Below, one piece after another: positions 20,885-33,733 of a DNA stretch of 64,000 bases. A model generated the notes under the pieces. That model was not told the origin of the DNA, did no database searches, and worked only from the letters and a program-made list of their open reading frames with translations. The stretch comes from Thalia democratica (taxonomy: Eukaryota). The stretch spans positions 79,050,001 to 79,114,000 of the forward strand of contig OZ241828.1 in assembly GCA_965202585.1 (NCBI GenBank), read 5' to 3'. Within the stretch, counting starts at the first letter, position 1; each line of letters opens with the position of its first letter. The translations under genes were made by a program, and so were the position numbers.

Positions 20885-23695
20885 AAAATATTTACATAAT
20901 AATGAAATTGTTTAAATATTGTTATAATACATAAATTACACGACTCTGAACTGTAGGAACTTGAAATGTTGTGGACTTCATTTAATCAGTGGATGTAAAT
21001 AAAATTCGATATGGAAATGAAACAATGAAAATGAATTGACACTACAGTAGCGTTTAAAGACTTGAATATATTAAAATTAAAAAAAAAAATTAATTAATAA
21101 ATAATAATATTTATAACTCTAATGATAAGCTGAAATAATGAGTTGCAAGTAATTTAAAGTAATGATTTTTCTTAATGGTTATAAAGTTATCTACTTTAGA
21201 TAGCCAACATTTTTGGGTTCACCTTGGTTTTAACAAGTTGATCTTATTTGATAAAGTTTTATCTGAACTATCAGAAATTTTTGAGCGCTTGAAAAAATTT
21301 GAAGTAATTTTTGAGATATGAGCGATCAAAGTTGGTGACCTCAATAGGTTCCAATGGAAAGGGCAAACTAAAAAAACTAAAAAAAAACATTTCACTAATA
21401 ATATATCTCCTCCTTTATTATCTGAGCAATCTTTTACAATTTTACACAGAAAGTCTATTATTAAATTTTAAAAAGATTGACTGCAGGAATTTGTTTTAAT
21501 TTTGAAATATAAAACTTTTATTGATTAAAAACCACCTACTTTTTTGCTTTTTTTGTTTAAAATTTTAGTTTATAATATTTTTAAAATTGCAATGCTAAAA
21601 AACTATATAAAAAACGTTTCCTGAAAGTCTGAGGTCTCTTATTAAACAAATGAAGGAGAAGATAGATTTTTAGTGATTTTTTTAATTTTACAGAAACTAA
21701 CAGTAAAAAACCTGCAAATTTTTTTATAAAAGTTACAATATCTCAAAAGTAAAATGAGATTTTCTTTGTTCTACAAAAAATGGCTTATAGTATGGACTTA
21801 ATGCTTACAATAAAGATCCAATGTTATTTTTATTTAAAAAAATGTTAGACCTCTATTCCCTTATGTGACTTGAGTATCTGAAACTCTATTAAAATATCTT
21901 AGATCTTTAATTTGAGGGGCTATTTTAATATTTTAAGGATTAGTCATTAGTAGAGGGTTACCAAAGTTTTTCAGTAAACTATTCAAGGTTTTTAAAAATT
22001 TCTTCTAGGTTTTAAAATAAAAATTTTCGGGTACATTTTTGAATAACATCAAATTAGAGATAAGAAATTGTCTTAATTAGTATAAAAACACTAAAAAGAT
22101 ATTGTAAAGCTAGTTTAAATGTGTTTTGTAACAAAATAAAAAATTTACTTTCAAAAAACTTAATCTTCATGACAGATTTTTTGTATCAAATCAAAATTCC
22201 AATACTTTACATGTTGAATATTCAAAGAATTGTTATTTAGAATCATAATAGTTTAAGTATATATTCTATAAACATTACTATACAAATTATTTAAAATTAA
22301 AATTTTAATTACTTTAAATTAGTAACTACAAAACTCCCAACCATTAGAATAATAGTATCATTAATACTAAGCATTTAACAACAATCTTGCAAAGTATTGC
22401 TTGTTTAAATAAAGTATATTTAAATCACATATAAAACTGTTTGCATACAATTTTTTTTAAATGCAGCTTTATGAGATACCAATAAATAGTGTAAAATTTT
22501 CAAGGTAAGATCTTCTTTTCACAAAAATCAGCCTCTGATTTAAATAAAAAATACTTAAATAGTCTTAGTTTTTTTATTCAAAGAAAAAAAAAAAACAAGC
22601 CTGATTTCAGCATATAAGCTGTTTTATTTTTACTAATCTGAGTCTCAAACATAACTCTCTAGCCTAAGTTAGTCTTAAGAATCTTCCTAAAACCTAAAAT
22701 GAGTTCTTGTAAAAGGGTGGCCACACTTTGAGTCACAAAAACAACTGTCCTGATTGGCTTAAAACTGTCCTGATTCATCCTGAGTTTTTTCCAAACCTTC
22801 ATACAAAAACTAATAAGAATTTAAAATTAATAAAAAACAAGTTCTTGAAAAAAATTGTTATAAAATAGCATCATTTTGAAAATAAATCTCTATTAAACCT
22901 AGAAAAATGGTCTGGCCTTAGATTATTTAAAAATAAAACCTAAAATTATCCTTATTTTTTAATTAAGAAACAGAGTCAGCCTAACTTTAAAAATCAAATT
23001 CAAAAACCTGAGCTACCCTGAGTAATTCTGAGAATTTAAAATTCTTCAAAATATCTGATTGAGTGGCAATATTATAATTTTCTCAAATTTGTGTTACTTA
23101 CATTAGAACACTATACTTTAATTGTAAACACAATATACAATATTATAAAAATTTTAACAACTCACATTAGGTTTATAAAAATGATTATAGTTAGCTTAGT
23201 TACTTACATATAAAGCATAACTCTTACCTTGAGGAGAACTTCTTTTTGATTGTTTATCTTATCATTGTGGCTCAAAAGGTTTTACAGAAAATATTAGAGC
23301 ATTGCGCGCGAAAGTAAGTATTAAGTAATTTTTTTAAATAGAAAACCAGGGACAAAATCGTTTAATAAATACCAATGTTTTTTAAAATGTTTCTAATTTA
23401 ACTCACAACTTACAAGTTAATAAAAATTTATACTTTTCATACTATATATTTTTTTAAAGTTTTCAACAATAGTTTTCACAAGTTGTTACAACAATTAAAA
23501 CCATACATTCTCTAATAACGAAGACTCAATTTGTAGTTTACTGTTAAACAAATACTACGAAAAAAAGTTAAGTACGAATAGCTGTGTACTTAAACATCAC
23601 ATTTTTATACTCGCTTTCTTAATTATTTTCAATCCGTAAACTAATAATTAATTTTAGTAATCTCTAAATTAAATTCTTTTTTAAAACCCTAAATA
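20885..23695 (+). repeat. Copy of the 1-2,815 segment inside array unit 1
   Basis: Direct colinear match to 1-2,815; essentially identical to 52,884-55,694. Confidence 0.92.
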
Positions 23696-26600
23696 AATTC
23701 GGAATAAAATAAATATTTTATACACTTCGTTTATAAATTAACGCAACGAACTATTACAATTATATTTATATTTTGTCTTAAAGTGTCTAATTGTTTTAAA
23801 TTACTTAGTCTATATCGTTTTTTCTATAGGTTTTTGTTTATAAATACAGTAAAATACTTTTTAAAAAGCTTTAATCAGTTTTCAACGTGCTAATAAAATT
23901 AAAAAATTATAATTACACAAAACAAAATTTATATAACATTGGTTGTACTTTATTTTTTTTACTTTAACTAACATTTTGCTGTTTCTTGAACTTTTTTATT
24001 TACTCAATACTATAATAAATAAACTTTAGATTAATAACAAATTCATATTGCAGTATATTACAGTCGTTTTTGTTTTTTTGTTCTAAAACATAAAATATAT
24101 GCTTGAATTTTATTTTTTAGGGGTTTCAGTTAGTCTGAGAAATTCAATTAGTATAATTTTGGGTTGAATTTAAAAAAACTGAAAAGATAATTAGTTTTAG
24201 TTTTTATAATATTATTACTCCATATATCTAGTTCGACCAGATTCTGACCCACTGTGTAATAATTGGTCAAAAAAATTTTAACCTAAAACTTGTAGTACTT
24301 GTAAAATCATTAAAGTATAATTATTACCATCGTTTTTTTATCATAATAAGTTGTAGTCCTCAATGCTTTGCTTCAAAGTTTATATGATAGTTTGTAAAAT
24401 ATAGCTCAATGTATTTATACAAATTTTAATAAAACTTGTATAACAGCTTAAGTTTATTTTATTGATGTGAAATGCCAGAGCTTTAGTAAAGTTTTAGTAT
24501 GAGACTAATTTCTAATTAAGCTTTATGTTTTATATGATTTACACAGTTTAATTTAAGCTATAAAATTAAGACTGAGTTTTTTAAATACTACTTTTAAACA
24601 ATTAACTTTTATAGAAAAAAAAGTTATTTTTAAGCATATTAATAGAAACTAATTAATATAAGTAATTGAACCTATCGATTTCAATGGTTCTTGACTATTA
24701 TTTTTTTTATTAATCCTAAACCGATTTTTGTAGAATTTTATATTTAATCAGTTAAATTGAAGTTTATTTACTGAAAACAATTTTAAACGTGGCAAATTAT
24801 TTAAGTGAAATTATTAGTACAAACTTGTAAAATAAGATAAAAACAGTCCTAAGAGTATAATTACGACTATAAATATTTGAAATTTTAAAAGAGCGAATAA
24901 GATAATGATTTGGAACAAAGTTTTATAAAAGTACACGCTTTAGACAATTTTTGTACTTTTAAAACTTAAACTTTATAATAAAAAAGAAAATTTATACACA
25001 AACTCATAACAAAATTTTTGATAATTTTACAAAGCATAGTTTTAATACATAATAAACATATATAACTATATTATATACTGGAAAACTAAACTGAAACGCA
25101 TTGGATAAGAAGCAAACTATTTAAAGCTGACTGTTTCGTAAAACTTTTGCTTTGCATTTTATCAGAAAACCAATTTGTAAAACAATAATACTATGTAAAC
25201 ATATGGCAATTAAAAAATTCCAATTGTTCAGATTTTGATAGTCAATCCCACAAGGTTTGTTGTATATATAAGTAAGCTGCAAACTATCCTAACTATAAAT
25301 AACGTAGTATATTTTTCTTCAATATTTCTTTTCTTTTAGTGTTTTAGTTCTAATGATTTGTAAGCAGTTAGTAAACAAACATCTTGCTGAAAATACAAAC
25401 AACTAAATATGCTAAAAGAAATACAATCCAAAAACTTTCATTTCTAACATGATACAGAGTTAACTCATTTGTTATAACTAAAATTTTTTCAATTGTTCAT
25501 TTTACATACTGTGATTGAAACGGTTAAGTGATGTTTTGATTTATTTCATCCACATAAACACAGCTTACCAGTTAGTATACTTTTTAAAACATATTAATCT
25601 TTGTTGAAGAACTACTTAGAAGAGGAGTTGTAAAAATGCGCCCTGCGAAAGATGATTGTACGGTTTTATTAATTTCATTATAAGTGCTCGCAAGCTAGTA
25701 AAACTTTCAAAAACTTTGGATTTTCAAGGTTTAGTATGAAGAGTTAAAAAAATAGTTCAACTTACGGGATGATTAACACTTACTAAAACTTGTAATACTA
25801 AGTTTCAAACGAGATACTTTACGATTTGTCATGAATGATTTAACAAAAAGTCTTTTTATAACTAAACTAAAAACTGTCTCCCGAGAACATTTCAATGTCG
25901 AAATTTTTCCTGCGACTATCAAGTCCCTGCTGACTCCTAATTTAAACGATATTTAATATAAAATTTCTAAGTTTTTTTTTTATCCTTCTATGTGTATTAA
26001 TTTAAAATATATATTTGATTACTTACAAAATTATAGAATCTGGTTTAAATTTAATTCATAACTCAGAAAATTTTAAACAGGGTTTTAAATATATTTTTTT
26101 ATTGATACTTAGATGGTAAGATTTGCTTTAAATAACCATAGATTTCAAAACGTTCAATATGAATTTACTAAATTATATTTTAATGCTGTTAAATAACTCT
26201 CAGACTGCAAGTACTTTAGTTTAAAAATATGCACGAAAAATATATACTAAGATTAACTTGTGTAGATAGTTTTGTATAAATTTAAAATGAATTTACACTA
26301 AATATAACTATAACTAAAATAAATCACTATTTTCACCTTGAAGGCTGTTAAATTTTTGGCTTTTAGTCACTATTTTATTCTTATACTTTTGGTCGGTTTA
26401 CTTATCGTGTAGTTAAAAACAATGACAACTCAGTATAAATTTTGCAAACACAGCTTGCAAACTAAAAAGAAAAGTAACAAGAGTTACAAAAAGACTTTTC
26501 AGGTTCAAAATAAAATTAAAACAAAAGCCTGCACTGCATCTAAAGAGGTGTTGTAATATTACATTTAATAAATATAGGTCGATAAAAAATGCAGTATAAT

Positions 26601-27619
26601 TATGAAGACAAAACAATTTTTTTTAATTTTAGTCATATGCTATATCTTTTGTTTAAGTTCAGAGTACATATGTTTTTTTAATTTTCTAGTAGTAAAAACT
26701 TAAAACTTACTATTAAATTTAGCTTACTTTGAAAATATTAACATGCCTAACTTATTTCGATAGAAAAAAAATTTGAAACCTAGTTTAAGGTAATTGTGTC
26801 AAAAAAATTAAGTAAGATGTTAAAACTACTTACTTTTTTATATAGTTTTTAGGCCATTAATGACTGGAATTTACAAAGTATATTTTAATGTAGTGTAAAG
26901 GAAGAATAAGCATGATTTCTTTTGAGATGGTGTAAAAATCTAAGGCTAAAAGTTTTTCAGGTCAACTATGATTGTCTCAGGTGTTTAATTTTAAGTAGCT
27001 AAGGCTAAAATTTTGAATTGTTAAAATTCACGCTAGTTGTTTCATATGTCTTAAAATCTAATTCAATAATTTGATAAGATAATTTGATGCTTATTTAAAT
27101 TCCTGTAGTTTAAAAAAAAAACAGATTTTACCCTAAAAAAAAAACTTATCAAAAAAAAAAAAAATCAATTAAAAAAAATTAGATAGAATAAATTAAACTA
27201 TAAATTATTATTTTCAAATATTTTTAATTCTATTAATAACAAACCGATCATTCGTAGTATTTAAGAACCATTTATTACGTAAAGTTTAATTTTTATTAAA
27301 CAGGAACAAAAAACTATTATATTTGATTTTAATCAGTTGTCTCCTGTAAAAAACCTTATTTTTTATTCATAAGTATTAGAAAATAGTTAAATTTTTAAAA
27401 CCTAATTAAGTTTTGTTTAAAAAAAAAATAAAACTTTAAAAACATCGCTATACTCGTATTATCAACTTAAAAGTGAACATTACATTTAAAACTATTAAGT
27501 TTATAAAATCAGCTATCATATTAAAATTACACATTTTTTTGCAATTAAAAATATACGTTCTAAACCTAAAAAAGTAAATTCACAACGACAATGATTTTGA
27601 GAAATAAAAACTTGTTTTC

Positions 27620-29083
27620 TTAGTTTTTTTGTTGTGAATTGACTTTTTTACACCAACTAGAAAGTTTTCTTTTAAACGAAGGTACCTTTACACAACAATA
27701 GTTTCTATAATCATATGTTTCGTCAATATCTTCGTATTTCCACAGACAATCTTCGTCAAGATCGTAGCAAAATACAGAATCTTCGTGCGGAAACAGATAA
27801 ATTTTCCTTTTAAAGCACAACACTTTGTTAATAGGAAAATCATCGTCGTTGGTGAAGAAAACAAATTCTTTAAAAGTGGTGTCGTACACCTCGCACGGTA
27901 TCGTGCAATCTCCAACTACAAACATTTTGTTGGTGGCAACAATCAGGCTGTGATCACTCCTTGCGTGTATCATGTCGGGCATTGCCGACCATTCATCGCC
28001 GAAAACGTCGTACGCCTCAACGCTTTTCAGCATGCGACCCGAAACACCACCCGAAACACCACCCGAAACCACCACCTTTCCCCGAAAAACCACGCAGGCG
28101 GAACGGCGTCTCGCGCTTTCCATTGCGCGCACTTCTTTGAACCCGTCGTCGTTGAAATAGCAGCAGGAGTTGGTGGCGTTTCCAAGCCAGCTGCCTCCTC
28201 CGACCACGAAGATTCTATCAATAAAGGAGCAAGCGCACGTTCCGATCCGGCCGTCGATCATGTCGAAGTTCAGCTCGCTCCACGTCCCGGTCGCGCGCGA
28301 GTACTTGTGAATTGACGTCGTGCGCCCGGAGCTGTCCTCACCGCCGATCAAGTAAACGTCGCCTTTCAAATACACGGCGATTGAACCGCACCGTCCCGCA
28401 ATCATCGAAGGCAGCCTTTTTGTTTTGTGCAAGTTGTGACGGCATTCGATTCGGTACGCGCACCTGAGAACTTCGTGACCGTTGCGTTTGTAACCTCCGC
28501 ACATTATGACGTCAAACTGGTCGTGGTCGCAACACCTTCTCGCGCGGTAACAGCTTGATTTTGTTAGAAGTACTTTTCTTCCGTTTACCTCTTTCAACGT
28601 TTCAACGAGCTCTTTAGTCACACCTAACGGTGACAGGCTGTTTACAAAATGCTGCATTTCGTATTGAGACAGTAGAGTCAGACGAACCTTGTGTAACAAT
28701 TGTTCTGCGAACTTGCTGCGTTCTTCATTGTTGTGTTTCAACCAAACTATTAACGAATTGGATACTTCAATTTCTGAGTGAATATTCAAGTTAGAACTTC
28801 CGAGTATTTTAACTAGCATATGGAAGTCTAGATTTAAAAAGTTTTCTGTTTCAACTACACTAGGGAAACAACTATCAATAAGGCGCAATGCGAGCTTTGC
28901 AAGGTACTGCAAGTCGTAAAATTTTGCTAAAGTGAAAACCAAAGTGACATTTTGAACATCAATATGTTTAATATGATCGTTTATTTCGTCCAAAATATCT
29001 TCTTCTAGCAATAACTTTTTAACTCTATATTATGAAACAATTTTTCTTTGTTTGATACTGGATTCATCTACAAAATATACCAT
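27620..29083 (-). CDS. BACK + Kelch-repeat protein (KLHL-like), copy 1; in-frame TAA at 29,032-29,030 suggests pseudogene or a downstream start
   Basis: BACK-like FLNLDFHMLVKILGSSNLNIHSEIEVSNSLIVWLKHN..ER...LLHKVRL; Kelch GG/Y/W motifs (VYLIGGED, IFVVGGG, VVVSGG, SVEAYDVFGDEWSAMPDM); 463 codons open from 29,011. Confidence 0.88.
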
Positions 29084-30052
29084 ATATAAAAGTTTTAAAA
29101 GACTAGTTTGAACATCTGAGTTATGTTTTTTAAACATATTTTAAAAGCTATTAAAACTTTACTTTTTTGAAGTCTACAAACATTCTAAATTTAAGTATTG
29201 CTACAAAATCTAGAGATGCAATATTTAAACTTATCGTTAAAAATGATATTACTTAGTAAATAACAAAAAGATGATTAATTCTTTACTTCTAAAAAACTAG
29301 AAACTAAAACAAAATAAATAGGATAAAATCTTAAATACTCTTACTTTGTTTGTAAGATTCACTCAAACTTTTTGCATCTTTATTTTCAGAAAATTGTTGT
29401 CTATTTCTTTTGAACATGTTGATAAACTTGTTGATAATAGCATGATATGTACTAGCTTAAAAAAAATAAAAGGTTAATTCAGAAAATATCTATCTGTTTA
29501 TTTTATATGTGTTTCTTTTAAAGACTCAAAACTTAAATATTTGTATTTATTTTGTTGTTTTTTCACTGGCTTAGTTGTCTGAAATCAAAATTATTTAAAT
29601 ACTAAAACCAGGGGTCGCCTTCTTTAGATATCATATCCTTCAATAAATAAATAAGTTTCAGCACTCTTTAATAGAAATGAGATATATATATATCATCAAT
29701 ATAAATACATTTTATTACTTGTATACTACAAATTATTAGAAACATACAAAAACTTGTAATATGTTAAACTGTAAGTTAGTGTGTAGAAAAGTTAAGACAA
29801 AGAGTATAGTTATACAAAACGTTTACATTCAGTATTTAAATAATATTTTTAATCTAAGTGCGTGCTTAACGCAAGTGCGTACCTCTTAGTGTCCTTATCG
29901 ATGTGCGTAGTGTAGTTGGTAAACAAATAAAGAGTATAAGATAGAAGTTAAGTAAAGGTATAAAAAAGTAAATGTTATGAAAGAAGATTGAAACATTTTT
30001 GACTCTCTTGAGGTAGCTTAATACAAGTTTTTAAACACCAACATTTGAGCAT

Positions 30053-30689
30053 CATACGCGTATGCATAATATTACACTATTAAGAGAGTGCTTTCACTCT
30101 GAAAAACGACAAGCTGACGACCTAGTCAGCTTAGGGATTTTATAATGCAAAGGTTATTGAAGAAAAGCCTAGACGTCGAGGCGGGTAGACGTCGTCAAGG
30201 CGGGTTAACTGGCAGTGTTTTTGCAGGCATATAGATTATAGCTTGAGTCGACGTGGCCGTCGACTCAAGCTGGCATCGAAAGAGCGCAGCTGAGCGTTAA
30301 AGGTCGTATAGCAGACCTCATTTAGTAGGTAGCGAGGGAAGGTGAAGCGAGAGCAAGGCAGGTACCGTCCTAAGCAAGCCATTGAGCATAAAAGCCGGTC
30401 TCTCGGAAGGCAGTTTATAAACGAGCTCTGACATGATTCAGCCCAGTAAAAAGTCGGTTTGAGTGCCAATATGATTGATTAAAGCATTTCTAGAGGTGAA
30501 GGTTCGGCCGGGGCGACTGAAGCAGAGTAGGCGAGGTACTAGAAAATGCTAAGGCGAAGCACTCAAAATGTAACAAGTAAAAAATCGGCAAAATCTCAAT
30601 TAAGCTTTGAAAGTCAGAGGTCAGTAGAAGCGAAATGTTTTGCGAGGGAAGCAGGAGCTCCGAGAAAGCAATTGTAATAGAGGGGGGAG
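30053..30689 (+). other. GC-rich hairpin block plus polypurine tract (copy 2)
   Basis: Homologous to 8,950-9,585; 14-bp stem agcttgagtcgacg/cgtcgactcaagct is perfect here. Confidence 0.7.
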
Positions 30690-30749
30690 TGTTTTTTCGA
30701 AAAAAATGTTGAAAATGAAATTTTGGGTAGTAGGAAGGGTCGGTAGAAT

Positions 30750-30857
30750 ATAGAAAGAAAAGTTGAAAAAAATTTGAGCAAAAAAGGCCTCCGAATTCGC
30801 CCGCGGGCGAATTCGGAGGCCTTTTTTGCTCAAATTTTTTTCAACTTTTCTTTCTAT
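30750..30857. repeat. Perfect palindrome (copy 2, 108 bp)
   Basis: Centre 30803/30804; the 106-bp core is identical to copy 1. Confidence 0.98.
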
Positions 30858-30866
30858 GTTTTTTTC

Positions 30867-31040
30867 AAAGGCGTTCGACGAAAGTCGGACGCCTTTTTTT
30901 TACCCAAAATTTTTTTCAATATTTTTTCAAAGGCGTTCGACGAAAGTCGGATGCCTTTTTTTTTACCCAAACTTTTTTTCAATACTTTTCAAAGGCGTTC
31001 GACGAAAGTCGGATGCCTTTTTTTTTACCCAAAATGTTTT
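30867..31040 (+). repeat. Tandem array of 3 x 62-bp hairpin units
   Basis: Hairpins start at 30867, 30929, 30991; the first has GGACGCC (G.U pair replaced by G-C). Confidence 0.96.
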
Positions 31041-31203
31041 TGAAGTATAACTCAGTAATGACTTTTTTTCGATTATAATGATGTGTTAAGTTTTGAACGG
31101 TGCTGCCGAAAGGTTAGCATCGTCTTTTTTTTTCAAATTTTTAATAAGGTTTGTTAGGGTTTCTAATTTTAAGCTATCAATAGCCTTAACAGAAAAATAT
31201 ATT

Positions 31204-32000
31204 TAACTCTCGATACTTATCATAAGTTAAGATATATTCAAAACAATGATATTAAAAAGGCTTATTGTTTTTTGAAACATGTAATATAAAAATATTACAA
31301 ACTTCAAAACCTTCTGTTATCATTTTCGGTTTTGAACTATAAAGATAATACTTTTCAACTAACTTTAATATGTTAAGGTATTTCTCTTTTCTATATAAAC
31401 TATTTTTGAAGTTAAAGAATAAAATTATAATATTTTTTGTAAAAATAAACCTTTAGTTAATTTAATTTTGATTTAATATATTAAACTCTTGATACTTATA
31501 ATAAGTTAAGATATATTTAAAATAAAGATAGTAGAAAGGCTTATTGTTTTTGAAACATGTAATATAAAAATATTACAAACTTCAAAACCTTCTGTTATCA
31601 TTTTCGGTTTTGAACTATAAAGATAATACTTTTCAACTAACTTTAATATGTTAAGGTATTTCTCTTTTCTATATAAACTATTTTTGAAGTTAAAGAATAA
31701 AATTATAATATTTTTTGTAAAAATAAACCTTTAGTTAATTTAATTTTGATTTAATATATTAAACTCTTGATACTTATAATAAGTTAAGATATATTCAAAA
31801 CAATGATAGTAGAAAGGGTTATTGTTTTTTGAAACATGTAATATAAAAATATCACAGACTTCAAAACCTTCTGTTATCATTTTCGGTTTTGAATTATAAA
31901 GATAATACTTTTTAACTAATTTTAATATGTTTAGGTTTTTTTTTTGTATAAACTATTTATGAAATTAAAGAATAAAATTATAATATTTATTGTAAAAAAA
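31204..32000. repeat. 278-bp AT-rich tandem repeat, ~3 copies
   Basis: aactctt...gatacttat recurs at ~31,205, 31,484 and 31,762. Confidence 0.92.
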
Positions 32001-33733
32001 GACCCAGAGCTAATTTTATTTCACAAATATGTGAGATTTTGTTACCAAGTACTAAAATTATTTATAGCAGATAATTATAATAGAAAATCTAGAAGCTTAG
32101 GCAAGCAATATAGTTTCAAAAAAATGAACGAAACTAAACACCAAGTAAAAAATATGAACCAGATACAATGCAGTTTTATTAGTAACATAGACAAAATTTT
32201 CTTTTACATAAAATCATTTATTTTCTGATTAGTTTCAAGTTTTGGTATTGTTGAAAATAGTGATCAGTCATTTTACGCAATTTAATTATGTTATAGGCAG
32301 TATAAGTATTTACATTTTTTCTATTATAAAACACTTTAACTAATTGTTTGCTTTTACAACATTAGTATGTTGTTGTTTAGAAAATTATTACTGTGTTACT
32401 TTAGAAAGTTTAAAGAAAAGTTAGTTAGAAAGTTTACTTGACAACATGTTATACGTTACTTTTGTAGATTAACATTTTACTTTTTAGAACTAATTAAGTT
32501 TTACAAAAGTGTAAAACATATAAAACTTTTTATACATACTTTATTTCCTTTTATCTAACTATTACAAACGGATAGTAAGGTAGAACAACGTATTTGTTTT
32601 AATTTTAGAATTTTTTAATTTCGATTAAACTTCATTCAGGACAAAAATGAGATTTTTGAATAATTTATAAACTATATTTTACCCAATATTTATAACCTAA
32701 TTGATACTACAACTAAATTAGCTTAGTACTGAAAAACTTTTTATAACATAACTTTTAAAAACTAACAACTATTGACGTGAATAAACCTTTCAACTACAAC
32801 TTATATAATTTGCAGTATAACTTATATACATACATGTTTTTATAATTAGTTGGATTAATAAACTCTTTTTATTATTAACGACATGAATGATTTAATTTCT
32901 AAATTAAGGCTTAAAATAAATAACCTTGTAATGAATTAAAAGTAATTCTATCATAATTATAAGTAGTTACATTCATAGTCTACTTTTATTACTATAAAAT
33001 ATCCATTTTTTAATTTATTAGTCAACTTGTAGTGTAATTTAAGTTATTTTATTTTAAAGCGTAGTAATAATACTATCAAAAAGTCGAAACTTAAATCAGC
33101 GAACACATGTAGAATCAAAAATAATTAAATGCATTAAAACAATCAATTGCATTTAAAATTGGGCTTTTATAATTATAAATAAACTTTAGATAACTACTCA
33201 AAATATAAATTTAAGTGTATGTCAACATCAGATCCTTGTAAAAAAACTTCACTAGAATATAAAATAAAAAAAAGATCTTACAGTAATCTATTTTATTGTA
33301 CCAAAATATGTTTCTGTGTGTCAACGGATTAACACACTCCAACTGGGTTCTGTAAAAATTAAATACTATAAGGAAAGAAATGAAAGAATATAAGCTAAAG
33401 TAGGTCTAGCTTAAGTTAGACTTAATAATTACAATTAATATAAAGTTTTATAACAGTCGGATTTAACATTAACTATTTTACCTATTATTAACTATTAACA
33501 TCTAAAAATCTATAGAAATTACTTTTATTTTAATGAATACATGTATACACCTACTTTAGCTTCTACTCGTTACTTTATTTAGATTACTGTGTTATTTATT
33601 AGCTTTAAATAAACATCGTAATACTTTTTTTTTAAATATATTCTGTGAGAAGCATGAAATTTTTTATTACAGTTTTAGAAAAAAAATAGAACTATAGTTA
33701 CACACAATCAATCTGTCATACTAGTTGTAATTT

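Larger units (their letters stand above)
8112..29100. repeat. Tandem segmental duplication unit 1 (~21.0 kb)
   Basis: Homology restarts at gactagtttgaaca at 8,112, 29,101 and 61,087. 14.6-27.8 kb matches 46.6-59.8 kb at constant offset 31,999 (all track ORFs recur at that offset). Confidence 0.95.

Noticed and set aside
27688-28315. Overlapping and antisense ORFs inside the Kelch genes (also 59,687-60,302)
   Set aside because: Shadow ORFs of GC-rich coding sequence.
30236-30469. 77-codon minus-strand ORF in the GC block
   Set aside because: Interrupted in the paralogous blocks, flanked by in-frame stops, no recognisable motif.
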